From sequence record MK937612.1: 24,000 bases of DNA, one strand, 5' to 3'. The position numbers were made by a program, and so were the translations under genes. The notes under the pieces are model-generated. The model made no database searches and had not been told where the DNA came from. It saw only the letters and a list, made by a program, of their open reading frames with translations. Positions 1 through 9,240 of the stretch are shown here, piece after piece. The number at the start of each line of letters is the position of its first letter. Position 1 is the stretch's first letter. The DNA comes from Mycobacterium phage LilhomieP.

Positions 1-1
1 C

Positions 2-1987
2 GACCTGGGTACGTTCTTCCTGCATCTGCGCCAGTTCTTCGAGGGTGTCAACTTCCTCGATCCGGACTTTGACCCGCGCGATGCGGCTCAGGTTTTCGTG
101 AATACCGTTGTCAATCCATTTGTTTCGACCATTCAGCGGATCAGTGCGGCGATCCTGGGCGTGATCCCTATCGGTCTACTCTCGGCTGAGACGCCAACCC
201 TTCTGCTGGAGGGCGAGTTTGACGATCCGGTGACCATCGTTGAGGGCTCGGGTTTTGTGCACGACGCCACCGATGGTGCCACCACTCCGCTGGGCTGCGC
301 GAAGGCCGAGGCTGACGGCACCCACATCGTGATGGCCACTGAGCTGATCAAGGTGGCCCCCGGCTGGAAGCTGGCCGTCGCATCCAAGGTCAAGTGGGAA
401 GACCTGGAGACGGACGGCGATGACGCTATCCGGATCAACATCATCCCGTATGCGGACGAGGAGACTCCCGCGTCGGGCGGCTCGGTCATGGCCGCCAGTG
501 TTCAGAGCGCGTCGGGTGACTCGACCGGCACGAACGGCTGGGGCACCACGATCAGTGGCACCTACACTGTGCCGTCGTCGGGTGTGGCCTATGTGTCCGT
601 GGAGCTGCACGTCACGGACGATGCGACCGCTGGCAGTGTCAAGTACGACAACGTCACCCTGAAGTCGACCGAGAAGATCCCGCAGAGCTTCACGAAGGAT
701 CTGGTTGAGGATCTGACGACTTTGTGGAACGGGCTGGGCAGCCTGGTTGATCAGCTGCTCGACAGCCTTGGCATCACGCCGGTTGGCGATCTGCTGGCGC
801 GCATCTTCGACCTGTCGGACGAGATTGCGTGGATCCAGGAGAAGGCCCGCGACGGTGCGGACGACGCTGCGCAGGCGTTGTCGTATCTTGCCGACTTGGC
901 CGGTGACCTGTTGACCAACCCTGGCGCGGTACTCGGTACGATTCCGCAGTCGCTGGTCGGCGGTCTGGAGACGACGCTGAACCAGATCCGTGACGTGTTC
1001 GACGGCCTGGTCGTGACGCCCGTGAACTCGGTGGTTTCGGCGATCAAGTCGTGGTTCGACCAGTGGTTTGGTGGTGGCTCCACGAACGCGATCCCGCTGT
1101 CACAGAAGGGTGCGGCGAGTGGTGTTGCGCCGCTGAATAGTTCGACCAAGCTGGCCACGTCGTACCTGGAGACGGACGTGGCCAACGGTGTGCCGAAGCT
1201 GAACAGTTCAGGGAAGATCCCGACCAGCTCGCTTGTAACGAACACTGCTGGCGGCGTGCCGGTTCTGGATTCGGGCGGCAAGGTCGGTGGCGGTCAGATG
1301 CCTGACCTGTCGAGCACTTACTTGGCGACCGGGTCGCGCGGTGCGGCACTGGGTGTGGCCCCGCTGAACAACGAGTCTGTTGTCCCCCTCAACCACCTGC
1401 CCGCCGAGGTGGGTGGCACTGGTGGTTCTGGCGATGGACGCCCGTACGTGATCCTCACTTTGGGTGAAACGCAGGACATTCCGTCTGATACGGAGACTTT
1501 CCTGGAGGGCTGGGAGCAGGTCGGGTCGAGTTCGGTCACATTCAAGGATGGGACCAACAAGCAGTTCCGCTTCAATCAGCCTGGCTGGTGGTTGATCACC
1601 GGATGGGTCCGCTGGGAGCCCACGCTGGGATTCGGCGTGGGTTGGCAGTCGGCGCAGATTTACCGGGAGCTGGAGGGTTCGACAGACGAGGGAACTACCT
1701 GGATTCCCGCGACTTACGGATTCGGAACGTCGGCCCTTCCGGCCGATACCGGAGTCGGTGGTTTGGTCATCAACCAGCTCAACACGATGCTGCCGGTGAC
1801 CAACATGGAGTCAGCGGTGCTCGGTGGGGTGATCATTCTGCGGATGTCGCCGGATGACTATTTCGGCATCAAGGTTCATCACAAGGATCCCGCCCCTCTA
1901 GAGGTGTATGGCGGTACGCCTTACCCCGGTTACGACGGCCTGGCGGGGGGCTCCCATCTTCTGTGCACCTATATGGGTGCAGCGTAA
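2..1987 (+). CDS. Minor tail / receptor-binding-like protein, 5'-truncated by the window edge
   Basis: The ORF track starts at GTG 98, but the frame is open back to base 2 (DLGTFFLHLRQFFEGVNFLDPDFDPRDAAQVFVNTVVNPF...), so the gene begins upstream. It has a central repeat region (GVAPLNSSTKL / GVPKLNSSGKIP / GVPVLDSGGKV / GVAPLNNESVVP) and a C-terminal beta-rich domain, and sits directly upstream of other tail genes and the lysis cassette. Confidence 0.8.
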   Translation, partial: DLGTFFLHLRQFFEGVNFLDPDFDPRDAAQVFVNTVVNPFVSTIQRISAAILGVIPIGLLSAETPTLLLEGEFDDPVTIVEGSGFVHDATDGATTPLGCAKAEADGTHIVMATELIKVAPGWKLAVASKVKWEDLETDGDDAIRINIIPYADEETPASGGSVMAASVQSASGDSTGTNGWGTTISGTYTVPSSGVAYVSVELHVTDDATAGSVKYDNVTLKSTEKIPQSFTKDLVEDLTTLWNGLGSLVDQLLDSLGITPVGDLLARIFDLSDEIAWIQEKARDGADDAAQALSYLADLAGDLLTNPGAVLGTIPQSLVGGLETTLNQIRDVFDGLVVTPVNSVVSAIKSWFDQWFGGGSTNAIPLSQKGAASGVAPLNSSTKLATSYLETDVANGVPKLNSSGKIPTSSLVTNTAGGVPVLDSGGKVGGGQMPDLSSTYLATGSRGAALGVAPLNNESVVPLNHLPAEVGGTGGSGDGRPYVILTLGETQDIPSDTETFLEGWEQVGSSSVTFKDGTNKQFRFNQPGWWLITGWVRWEPTLGFGVGWQSAQIYRELEGSTDEGTTWIPATYGFGTSALPADTGVGGLVINQLNTMLPVTNMESAVLGGVIILRMSPDDYFGIKVHHKDPAPLEVYGGTPYPGYDGLAGGSHLLCTYMGAA

Positions 1988-2005
1988 TCGGATTGGAGGC
2001 GACCT

Positions 2006-3061
2006 ATGCCATGGTCCCCTGCACCGGTTAGCCCGCTGCGTTCCCACCGTCCTGCATGGTTTCCCGAGGTTCCTGCCGTTGCGCAGGTCGAGCATCGCGC
2101 GGCGTGGTTCCCTCGCTGGAAGTTCGATGCCGAAGATGCTGGCGTAGGTAGCGACGAGGCGCTGCTGCTGCCTGACTTTGCGGTTGCGGATCGTGGTGTC
2201 GGCGCGGACAGCGCAGGCTTGCTGCTACCGGAGGGGCTGCTTGAGCATGAGGGCTTGGGATCCGACCTGGCGACGGTCGGGCTCTTCGGCGCGGATGGCG
2301 GTATCGGATCTGACGCCGTGCAACAGCTTGGCCTGTTTGGCTCGGGCGACGGTATCGGCAATGACGGCGTCCTGGTTAAGCCGCTCTATGTGACTGGCGA
2401 TGCGGCATGCGGCGCGGATGTGGCGGCTCTCCTTGTCCCGTTGGGGACGCGGACTGACAGTGGTGTCGGTGCGGACATGGCCACATCGGCGGGGTTCGCT
2501 CCGCATGCGGCGTTGGCGGCGACGTTCAGCACGGCGGGCGCGTACACGTTCACGATCCCGGTGTGGTGCCGGTACATCGACGTGATCTTGCTCGGTGCCG
2601 GTGGTGGCGGTCGCGGCATGATGCTGATCGGCACGTGGGGCGAGGGCGGCTGGGGCGGCAACTGGTCGGTGACCACGCTTGAGCGTGGCGTCCACATCCC
2701 GTGGACCGCACGCACGATCACGGGCGCTGTCGGGGCCGGTGGCTCGGGCAGCTCGGCGGGACTTTCCCCGGCGCGTGGCGCAACTGGTGGTTCGACTACT
2801 GCCTCGACGGACGGCTGGTCTGGCACTGCAACTGGCGGCATTGGCGGGCAGAACGCGGTGTCGCCGAACGGCCGCGCGGTGAATCCACGGACGCAGACGG
2901 TTTCTGGCCAGACCTACACGGGCGGTGGCGAAGTGACTCCCGGTGCGCTGAGCGGAACCACGGGCGCAGCCCCTGGCGGTGGCGGCTCGGCGGCGATCAC
3001 GACCGGCGTCTCGGGTGGTGCCGGGGCCCGTGGCCAGGCGTGGTTCTACTGCTACCAGTAG
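2006..3061 (+). CDS. Glycine-rich minor tail protein
   Basis: ATG 2006 follows GGAGG. Imperfect G(V/L/I)GSD-type repeats in the N-terminal half, then a Gly/Ser/Thr-rich C-terminal domain typical of actinophage minor tail proteins. Confidence 0.75.
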   Translation: MPWSPAPVSPLRSHRPAWFPEVPAVAQVEHRAAWFPRWKFDAEDAGVGSDEALLLPDFAVADRGVGADSAGLLLPEGLLEHEGLGSDLATVGLFGADGGIGSDAVQQLGLFGSGDGIGNDGVLVKPLYVTGDAACGADVAALLVPLGTRTDSGVGADMATSAGFAPHAALAATFSTAGAYTFTIPVWCRYIDVILLGAGGGGRGMMLIGTWGEGGWGGNWSVTTLERGVHIPWTARTITGAVGAGGSGSSAGLSPARGATGGSTTASTDGWSGTATGGIGGQNAVSPNGRAVNPRTQTVSGQTYTGGGEVTPGALSGTTGAAPGGGGSAAITTGVSGGAGARGQAWFYCYQ

Positions 3062-3098
3062 TGCTGCAACACAACGTATTTCAACTGTAGGAGTATTG

Positions 3099-3461
3099 AT
3101 GTCTGAGTATCAGGCTGCGCATCGCCGGGCATGCGCTTCGGCTATCACGGCGCTTGGCAACCGAATTGGGCTGTACTCGGGGTCCACCCGCATCGGCACC
3201 GTGTATGCGGACACGACGTGGGGCACGGCAACTGACGTGTCCGAGGGCGGTGTCGCCAAGGCGCAGGTGACCGGGTCGGCGGTCACGATCACGATTCCTG
3301 CAGGCACGGTGTCGAACGGCACCGAGATTGACCGGTACGGGATCCTCAACGGCTCAACGCTTCTGCGTACCGAGGAGCTGCCAGTGTCGCTGGTGATCAA
3401 TGACGGTTCTCAGGAGGCGCAGGTGCAGATCACGCCTCGATTCAAGTACCGGGGCGAGTGA
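3099..3461 (+). CDS. Small tail-region protein of unknown function
   Basis: ATG 3099 after AGGAG within ORF 2979..3461; MSEYQAAHRRACASAITALGNRIGLYSGSTRIG..., co-directional with the tail genes. Confidence 0.7.
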   Translation: MSEYQAAHRRACASAITALGNRIGLYSGSTRIGTVYADTTWGTATDVSEGGVAKAQVTGSAVTITIPAGTVSNGTEIDRYGILNGSTLLRTEELPVSLVINDGSQEAQVQITPRFKYRGE

Positions 3462-3462
3462 C

Positions 3463-3783
3463 GTGATCGATGTAGGAATGATTGCCACCGCCATTGGTGC
3501 GCTGGCGACTGGTGGTGTACTCACCACGGTGTGGGGCTCGTTCTTCGCGCCCAAGCGGGACAAGACATCCGAGGCCGAGGCGATCCAGAAGCTCGGCGCT
3601 GAGATCCGCCAGGAGATCCGCGAGGAGAACGCGGCGCTACGGGAACGCATGGATGTCGTGGTGAACGCGGTGATCAGTCTGACCGACTTGCTCGATGACC
3701 TGTTCCCGAAGATCACCGGCCTGAGTGATGAAGAGCGAATTGCGCTGCGGCACAAGATCAATCTGGCCAAGCGTGCAACGTGA
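3463..3783 (+). CDS. Small membrane-associated protein with coiled-coil-like tail
   Basis: GTG 3463; hydrophobic N-terminus (MIATAIGALATGGVLTTVWGSFF) followed by a charged, heptad-like region. Confidence 0.65.
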   Translation: MIDVGMIATAIGALATGGVLTTVWGSFFAPKRDKTSEAEAIQKLGAEIRQEIREENAALRERMDVVVNAVISLTDLLDDLFPKITGLSDEERIALRHKINLAKRAT

Positions 3784-3805
3784 CGTACAATTGAGAGAGG
3801 ACTAG

Positions 3806-4804
3806 ATGGCTAGCTTTACGCCTATCGTCCCCGTTCGTAGCAACCGGCCCCTTGAGCTGCAGCGCGGCAACACTCTGCGCTATCGCTACACCCTTTCCGG
3901 AAACAAGACGTTCCCTGCGGGCACGTCGGCCGTGCTGACCGTATCGAACACGTACGGGCAGGTTGTGGGTGCGTTCATTGGCACTGTTGCGGGCAAGACG
4001 ATTGAGTTTGTTGAGGGCCCCGAAATTTCGGACACCCTGGCCCGCACCGATACCTGGACGCTGTCCGTGACGTATCCCGGCGAAACGCATCCGACGATGC
4101 TGGAGCAGGGCCAGATCATCCGTGTCGAGGCTCCGTTCCCCGATCAGCCTGCGATGTCTCCGGAGTTCGAGGGCGTCCGCTACGAGTACCACTTCGGTAC
4201 GCCTGGCTTCGTCAAGGATCCTTCGTGGCGGATCCTCAACGGGCACCCGCGCGTGTACGACAACTCGTTCCGCTCGCTGCCGAACGCGGTGTCGAGTGGG
4301 TCGCTGTTTGGTGGCGATCTCACGTTCTTCGATGACGTGTGCATGCTGTGGTTCGCGCCACTGGCGACTGACATTGTTCGGTTGACCTACAACACGATTC
4401 GTCCCATCGACAACTCCAATGGTGAGGTGTGGACGATCATCTGCTCGAACTACGACGCGACGAACTGGGCCGGGTTCCACCACAAGCAGGTGTTCGGCAT
4501 CGGGTCGTGGGACGACGACGAGATTTCTGTCGTAACTGGGACTGGTCCAACGACTTTCACGAAGCGTGAGACCGAGTCGTACGACACCGTGAACAACCAG
4601 GCGTACACCGCCGAGTACAACCCCGTGAGCAACACCTACTCGCTGTATGTGGGCACGTCGCTCGAGCCGCTGATCTCGTGGACCGATGAGACGAACGCGG
4701 TCGACCACGGCGAGGGTGAGCGTTACGTCGGCTTCGGCTTCAAGTCGTCGCTGCTGTATGCGGGCGTGCAGGTCTCGGACTGGTACATCGCCAATACCCC
4801 GTAA
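3806..4804 (+). CDS. Minor tail protein-like
   Basis: 332-aa ORF between tail and lysis genes; beta-rich sequence (MASFTPIVPVRSNRPLELQRGNTLRYRYTLSG...). Confidence 0.7.
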   Translation: MASFTPIVPVRSNRPLELQRGNTLRYRYTLSGNKTFPAGTSAVLTVSNTYGQVVGAFIGTVAGKTIEFVEGPEISDTLARTDTWTLSVTYPGETHPTMLEQGQIIRVEAPFPDQPAMSPEFEGVRYEYHFGTPGFVKDPSWRILNGHPRVYDNSFRSLPNAVSSGSLFGGDLTFFDDVCMLWFAPLATDIVRLTYNTIRPIDNSNGEVWTIICSNYDATNWAGFHHKQVFGIGSWDDDEISVVTGTGPTTFTKRETESYDTVNNQAYTAEYNPVSNTYSLYVGTSLEPLISWTDETNAVDHGEGERYVGFGFKSSLLYAGVQVSDWYIANTP

Positions 4805-4812
4805 GGATTCTC

Positions 4813-6180
4813 ATGCCTCTACTCACCCCTGAGCAGATCGCGGCCACCATCATCAAGGTCGGCAACGAGATGGGGGTCTCGCCGAAGGGCCAGAAGATGG
4901 CCATCGCCTGCGTCAAGGTCGAGTCGAACTTCCTCATGTGGGCGAACGCGAAGAGCAAGCTGTCCCAGCAGTTCCCGTACGACCGGATCGGCAACGACAG
5001 CCTGTCCGAGGGTTACTACCAGCAGCAGCCGCCGTGGTGGGGCGGGGCCGACTACGAGGGCACCCGCAAGCGGATGGACCTGGTCGAGTCGACCCGCATG
5101 TTCTTCGAGTCGCTGAAGAAGCAGCGGATCGGCACCCAGGACTACAACACTGACGCCACTACCCCTGGCCTGTGGGTGTACATGGTGCAGCGCTGCGCCC
5201 CTGAGTACAAGCACCGCTACGACCAGGAGTGGAACGCGGCAGTCGCCCTGTACAACAAGGTGAACGCGGGCGGCTCTCCGGATGCCCCTGCGCCGTTCTT
5301 CCCTGAGCACAACATCATTGACGGCAAGGGTGCGTCCAACCGCAACGGTCAGCGTCCGCGACTGTTTGTCCTCCACACGGAGGAGGGAAACATGGTCGGC
5401 GCGGATCTGGACCGCTGGATGGACGAGATGGGTGACCGCTCCTACCACTACGCCATCAGCAATGACGAGGCGTGGGATCTGGTGGACACCGACTATGCGT
5501 CGTGGTCGGTGCTGGACGCGAACCGGCAGACCATCAACTTGGTATTCACTCCGTCGTACGCCGCATGGACCCGCAACGACTGGCTCGCGAAGATGGGCAA
5601 CGGCATCAAGATCGCTGCTTATCTGGCTGCGCAGGACTGCCGCAAGTACGGCATCCCTCCCGTTGTGCGCGTCGGCAATTCGGCGACCGGCTACCCGAGC
5701 CTCAAGACCAACGACGGCATCACCGACCACTACGGGATCACTGTCGGCCTGAAGATCGGCAACCACACCGATGTCGGCGGCGGCTTCCCGTGGGACGTAT
5801 TCAACACCTACCTGCAGGCGTTCTATGCAGGCTCTTACGAAGAGGACGACATGTTCACTGATTCCGACCGTGCGCTGCTGCAGCGTGTCCACTTTGAGCT
5901 GACGAACCGTTGGGAGTCGCGCTCGATCTACCGGGAGCCGGGGGAGGGCCCTGTCGACACTCTGGTCGGCATGCTGCTCAACGACGACGGCATGGAGCAC
6001 GCGGAGCTGGTGGAGCGCCTGGCTGTGCTGGGCGACTTCGACTCGATCCGCCGCGTGCGTCGCACCGCTGCTGGCAAGGGCGCGGTGACCGACAAGGCGA
6101 CTGTTGCCCGCGCCAAGAAGGTGATGTCGCAGATCCCCGAGGACGTACTCGAGGAGTACATGAAGGAGGCCGACAAGTGA
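4813..6180 (+). CDS. lysA: Endolysin (LysA) with N-terminal murein-hydrolase-like domain and central N-acetylmuramoyl-L-alanine amidase (Amidase_2-like) domain
   Basis: 455 aa. RPRLFVLHTEEGNMVGADLDRWMDEMGDRSYHYAIS... resembles the amidase-2 core. The N-terminal MAIACVKVESNF...AYYQQ-type context resembles a lysozyme or transglycosylase-like fold. Followed by holin and LysB genes. Confidence 0.85.
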   Translation: MPLLTPEQIAATIIKVGNEMGVSPKGQKMAIACVKVESNFLMWANAKSKLSQQFPYDRIGNDSLSEGYYQQQPPWWGGADYEGTRKRMDLVESTRMFFESLKKQRIGTQDYNTDATTPGLWVYMVQRCAPEYKHRYDQEWNAAVALYNKVNAGGSPDAPAPFFPEHNIIDGKGASNRNGQRPRLFVLHTEEGNMVGADLDRWMDEMGDRSYHYAISNDEAWDLVDTDYASWSVLDANRQTINLVFTPSYAAWTRNDWLAKMGNGIKIAAYLAAQDCRKYGIPPVVRVGNSATGYPSLKTNDGITDHYGITVGLKIGNHTDVGGGFPWDVFNTYLQAFYAGSYEEDDMFTDSDRALLQRVHFELTNRWESRSIYREPGEGPVDTLVGMLLNDDGMEHAELVERLAVLGDFDSIRRVRRTAAGKGAVTDKATVARAKKVMSQIPEDVLEEYMKEADK

Positions 6181-6413
6181 ACAAGCTGGTGAACATGATT
6201 GTGGCGGCGCTGTTTCCGCTGCTGTGGGCGAAGCTCGAGCCTCTGGTTCGGGAGGTGCTCGCGGAGAAGCTGGACGACCTGGTGCCGGATGAGATCGAGA
6301 AGTTCTTCTCGGCGCTGATTCCGGACGGTGTCGCGGAGCAGCTGCCCGGTGCGCTCAACGACGTGGTGAACGGCGTGGGCGCGGTACTGGGAGGGATTTT
6401 CAAGCCACGATGA
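6177..6413 (+). CDS. Small lysis-cassette protein, possibly membrane-associated
   Basis: GTG 6177 overlaps the lysA stop by 4 nt (GTGA); MNKLVNMIVAALFPLLWAKLEPLVREVLAEKLDDL..., hydrophobic/amphipathic N-terminus, between lysA and the holin. Confidence 0.65.
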   Translation: MNKLVNMIVAALFPLLWAKLEPLVREVLAEKLDDLVPDEIEKFFSALIPDGVAEQLPGALNDVVNGVGAVLGGIFKPR

Positions 6414-6736
6414 AGGTACGTGAGGTAAAGAAGGCCATCGCGGCGGGGGCGACTGCCTTGGCCGGTATGGAGGGCCTGGCGGCGGCGCTGGAGGCCAGCG
6501 CGACCCATCCGTGGGTTCATGCCGTGGCTGTGGGGTTCTCGCTGCTGGTGACCGGCGCGACGTGGCTGGTGCGCAACAAGGCGACGGTGGATCAGGTGCT
6601 TGACGCGTTCGAGTCGGATCCGGTGGTCGCGGAGGCTGTGATCGAGCGGGCTACCGATGACCCGTACGCGGTCGAGAAGGCTGTTGAGAAGCATCCGACG
6701 CTGGCTGAGGTTCTGATCGCCAGCTACGAGGACTAA
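6410..6736 (+). CDS. Holin-like membrane protein
   Basis: ATGA overlap with the preceding gene; 108 aa with hydrophobic segment WVHAVAVGFSLLVTGATWLV and a charged C-terminus, between lysA and lysB. Confidence 0.75.
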   Translation: MKVREVKKAIAAGATALAGMEGLAAALEASATHPWVHAVAVGFSLLVTGATWLVRNKATVDQVLDAFESDPVVAEAVIERATDDPYAVEKAVEKHPTLAEVLIASYED

Positions 6737-6749
6737 CACTTTCGAAATA

Positions 6750-6790
6750 GGAACGGGCTCGCCAACTTTCGGGCGGGTCCGTTTCTTCTG
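6750..6790 (+). terminator. Terminator-like hairpin between holin and lysB
   Basis: Arms 6750-6763 (GGAACGGGCTCGCC) and 6772-6785 (GGCGGGTCCGTTTC) pair over 14 bp with wobbles, 8-nt loop, followed by TTCTG. Confidence 0.5.
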
Positions 6791-6807
6791 CCCTGAGGAG
6801 GCATTGC

Positions 6808-7779
6808 ATGTGGATTGGGTGGCAGGAAGGCATGTCCGGACGGCCCGTGCTGGCGGCGAAGGGGGAGCTGCGGGCGAAGTTCTCGTACGGCAAGAACCTG
6901 GATCTGACTGAGCACTTCGGGCCCGACCTGACGGAGGCCCTGAAGACGTTCCAGCGGAACAAGGGTGGGCTGCGCACGGACGGCGTGCTGGACTACGCCA
7001 CCCAGAAGGCGTTGGGCGTTCTGGAGGCGTTGAAGCCGTGGGTGTTCACGGTGGCCGGTACGGGTGCCGGTTGGGACGCGGGCTACCCGGCTGAGGTGGC
7101 GCGGGCTGTGCTGGATCTGTACCGCTGGCAGGGCGTGAACTATCCGGCGAAGCCGTTCCCGATGGGCTCGTCGGTGGACGCGGGTATTGCTGAACTGAAG
7201 AAGCTTCTGCGTGAGCGGATGGACCGGTATCCGGCCGCACGGTTCGTGCTGATCGGCTACTCGCAGGGCGCAATTGTGACCTCGATGGTGTGGCAGAACT
7301 TTATCAAGGGCTCGGACCTTGAGGCCCGCATCATCGGTTCGATCACATACGGCAACCCTTGCCGTGAACTCCACGTGGCGAATGGCAATGTGGCAGAGGG
7401 GATTCCGGTTCCCGAGGGGCGGGGGATCTCAGACTTCCGCCTGCGTTCGACTCCGTCGTGGTGGTACGATTTTGCACACGGGGCGAACTCCCGTTTCGGC
7501 CGTGACATCTACACGGACACACCAGATGACGATGCTGGCGAGATGATGACCGCCATCTACCGCCTGGTCCAAGATCTGAAGAACATCATTGTCGGCACCG
7601 ACTCGTTGATCGAGCAGGTGGGAGAGATGTTCCAGCGTCCGATCACCGAGGTCGGCGCAGCGATGTGGGCGATCTTCTTGGGCGGGCAGTTTGTTGCCAC
7701 TCGCCCGTATCCGACTATGCCGCACATCAATTACGACATCAACCCAGCTGTGGCGATCCTGCGCCGGATCGCCGCGTGA
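6808..7779 (+). CDS. lysB: LysB-type mycolylarabinogalactan esterase (cutinase-like alpha/beta hydrolase)
   Basis: 323 aa; GYSQG nucleophile elbow (VLIGYSQGAIVTSMVWQ), peptidoglycan-binding-like N-terminus (LKTFQRNKGGLRTDGVLDYATQKAL), adjacent to holin. Confidence 0.9.
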   Translation: MWIGWQEGMSGRPVLAAKGELRAKFSYGKNLDLTEHFGPDLTEALKTFQRNKGGLRTDGVLDYATQKALGVLEALKPWVFTVAGTGAGWDAGYPAEVARAVLDLYRWQGVNYPAKPFPMGSSVDAGIAELKKLLRERMDRYPAARFVLIGYSQGAIVTSMVWQNFIKGSDLEARIIGSITYGNPCRELHVANGNVAEGIPVPEGRGISDFRLRSTPSWWYDFAHGANSRFGRDIYTDTPDDDAGEMMTAIYRLVQDLKNIIVGTDSLIEQVGEMFQRPITEVGAAMWAIFLGGQFVATRPYPTMPHINYDINPAVAILRRIAA

Positions 7780-7793
7780 ACGAACGGAGTGCT

Positions 7794-8054
7794 TTGAACG
7801 TCACCGTCTATACCACCGGCCCCGCTTGCATCAAGTGCAAGCTGACCAAGGACGCCTTGGCGAAGAAGGGGATCGCGTACACGGAGGTCCGTCTGGATCA
7901 GGATTCGGAGCAGGCTGATCTGCTGCGGGCCCAGGGTTACAGTGTGGCTCCAGTGGTCGTCGTGCAGCATGACGATGGGTCGCAGGAGAAGTGGGGCGAC
8001 TTCCGCGTTGACTACATCAACGCTCTCGCGAAGCGGTCTGCCGCCGCCGCCTGA
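7794..8054 (+). CDS. nrdH: NrdH / glutaredoxin-like protein
   Basis: TTG 7794 preceded by GGAG; MNVTVYTTGPACIKCKLTKDALAKKGIAYTEVRLDQD...GYSVAPVVVV, with the CxxC active site and a VAPVV motif. Confidence 0.85.
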   Translation: MNVTVYTTGPACIKCKLTKDALAKKGIAYTEVRLDQDSEQADLLRAQGYSVAPVVVVQHDDGSQEKWGDFRVDYINALAKRSAAAA

Positions 8055-8075
8055 TTGCCCCCAGGAACGACGAAA

Positions 8076-8113
8076 CCCTCACTCCCGATGGGATGTGAGG
8101 GTCTTGTCTTTTC
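8076..8113 (+). terminator. Intrinsic terminator between convergent transcription units
   Basis: CCCTCAC-TCCC-GAT-GGGA-(T)-GTGAGGG, an 11-bp stem with one bulge at 8076-8101, followed by TCTTGTCTTTT. It lies between convergent stops at 8054 and 8120; the reverse side has TTTCG. Confidence 0.85.
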
Positions 8114-8119
8114 AGGGGC

Positions 8120-8455
8120 CTACGGGACTTCCAGGGGGACGAAGTCGATGCCAGAATCGAAGGCCCGACGCAGGTCCGCGAACGTTGGGTAAGCGCGGCC
8201 GGACATGTCGTGGAACAACGTGACCCAGCACGGCCCGCTGTAGTGCGCGCCGTAGTACTCCTGCAGATAGTCAGGAACATTGCGGAAGCGGATTGCGGCG
8301 AACGGAATCCAACTTCCCGTGGCCTTGACCACGGTGCCGATGGGGTACGGGTCTTCGTCCCGTTCCTTCATCTCGGCCTTGATGCTGTCGATCTCTTCGA
8401 CCGTCTTCGCGAGAACTTCCTCGGCGCATTCGAGCCGCTCTTCGAGTGTGGCCAT
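8120..8455 (-). CDS. Hypothetical protein
   Basis: 111 aa ORF, coiled-coil-like N-terminus (MATLEERLECAEEVLAKTVEEIDSIKAEMKERDED), last gene of the leftward operon. Confidence 0.75.
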   Translation of the reverse strand: MATLEERLECAEEVLAKTVEEIDSIKAEMKERDEDPYPIGTVVKATGSWIPFAAIRFRNVPDYLQEYYGAHYSGPCWVTLFHDMSGRAYPTFADLRRAFDSGIDFVPLEVP

Positions 8456-8466
8456 ACGGTTCCCTT

Positions 8467-8811
8467 CTAGTCGCTCAGGTAGATCTCGGCGTAGTTCGAT
8501 GACTTCGGGCGGATGGCGATGCTGGTGCCGCCCTGGATCTGGATGACGCCCTTGCGGAACGACACCCCGATCTCCTCGTAGGTGTGTTCGGACGGCTTGC
8601 CCGTGGCCGAGAAGTACACCGTCTGGTAGCCGTAGTCGACCGGGATGTAGATCTTGTTCTCCCAGTCGCCGTACCAGATCGGAGACGGCTCCACGGTCTG
8701 GAGATGCTCCTTGAGCCGGTGCTCAGCCTTGTCGGCGCGGTAGCGCTCCTTGGCCAGCAGTGACTGGGCCCATTTCGGGAGGTTGCCCTCCCGGGGATCT
8801 TTCTCGCTCAC
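8467..8811 (-). CDS. Hypothetical protein
   Basis: 114 aa, MSEKDPREGNLPKWAQSLLAKERYRADKAEHRLKEHL...; packed in the leftward operon. Confidence 0.75.
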   Translation of the reverse strand: MSEKDPREGNLPKWAQSLLAKERYRADKAEHRLKEHLQTVEPSPIWYGDWENKIYIPVDYGYQTVYFSATGKPSEHTYEEIGVSFRKGVIQIQGGTSIAIRPKSSNYAEIYLSD

Positions 8812-8821
8812 AGCTTCTCCT

Positions 8822-9013
8822 TCAGGGGCGGGCGGTGATGGCCACCGAGTCGGGCCACGACTCGCGTGGGTCGCTGTAGCCCTTGGTGATCTTCAGGTCC
8901 AGCTTCTTGGTGGTATCGACGCCGATCTGCTTGGCCTGTGCGACGAACGACTCCATGTCGGCCAAGGTCATCGGGCTGGACAGGGTGATCTCGTGACGTA
9001 TGTTAACGCTCAT
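8822..9013 (-). CDS. Hypothetical protein
   Basis: 63 aa, start overlaps the upstream stop by 4 nt. Confidence 0.65.
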   Translation of the reverse strand: MSVNIRHEITLSSPMTLADMESFVAQAKQIGVDTTKKLDLKITKGYSDPRESWPDSVAITARP

Positions 9014-9240
9014 CCGACCGGCACCCCGAATCCGATTCCGCCCGTTGCCGGGTTGAGGTGCATGCCGCCGCCGAGATCGATCCCAACCGTGGGGCCCTTC
9101 GGGGTGACGAACACGCCCACCCCGCCTGGATCTCGGGTTGCCGGTGGCGTGTACGTGGTGCCGCCGTCATCGACGGGATCGCAGGCCGTCAACGACAGCG
9201 CCGCAACGAGTGCCGCTCCAGCGGCCAGGAGCTTGATCAC
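9010..9240 (-). CDS. Small predicted lipoprotein
   Basis: GTG at 9240 within ORF 9010..9441; MIKLLAAGAALVAALSLTAC gives a signal peptide with an LTAC lipobox; 4-nt overlap with the upstream gene. Confidence 0.75.
   Translation of the reverse strand: MIKLLAAGAALVAALSLTACDPVDDGGTTYTPPATRDPGGVGVFVTPKGPTVGIDLGGGMHLNPATGGIGFGVPVG

Noticed and set aside
3463-3783. Considered calling this the primary holin
   Set aside because: It has an N-terminal hydrophobic segment, but the position upstream of a tail gene and the better holin candidate at 6410-6736 make this weaker.
3758-4708. 316-aa antisense ORF in the tail region
   Set aside because: Opposite a well-placed tail gene; composition suggests a GC-frame artefact.
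4819-6000. 393-aa antisense ORF across lysA
   Set aside because: Fully complementary to the endolysin gene; sequence is low-complexity Val/Arg/His-rich with no recognisable motif.
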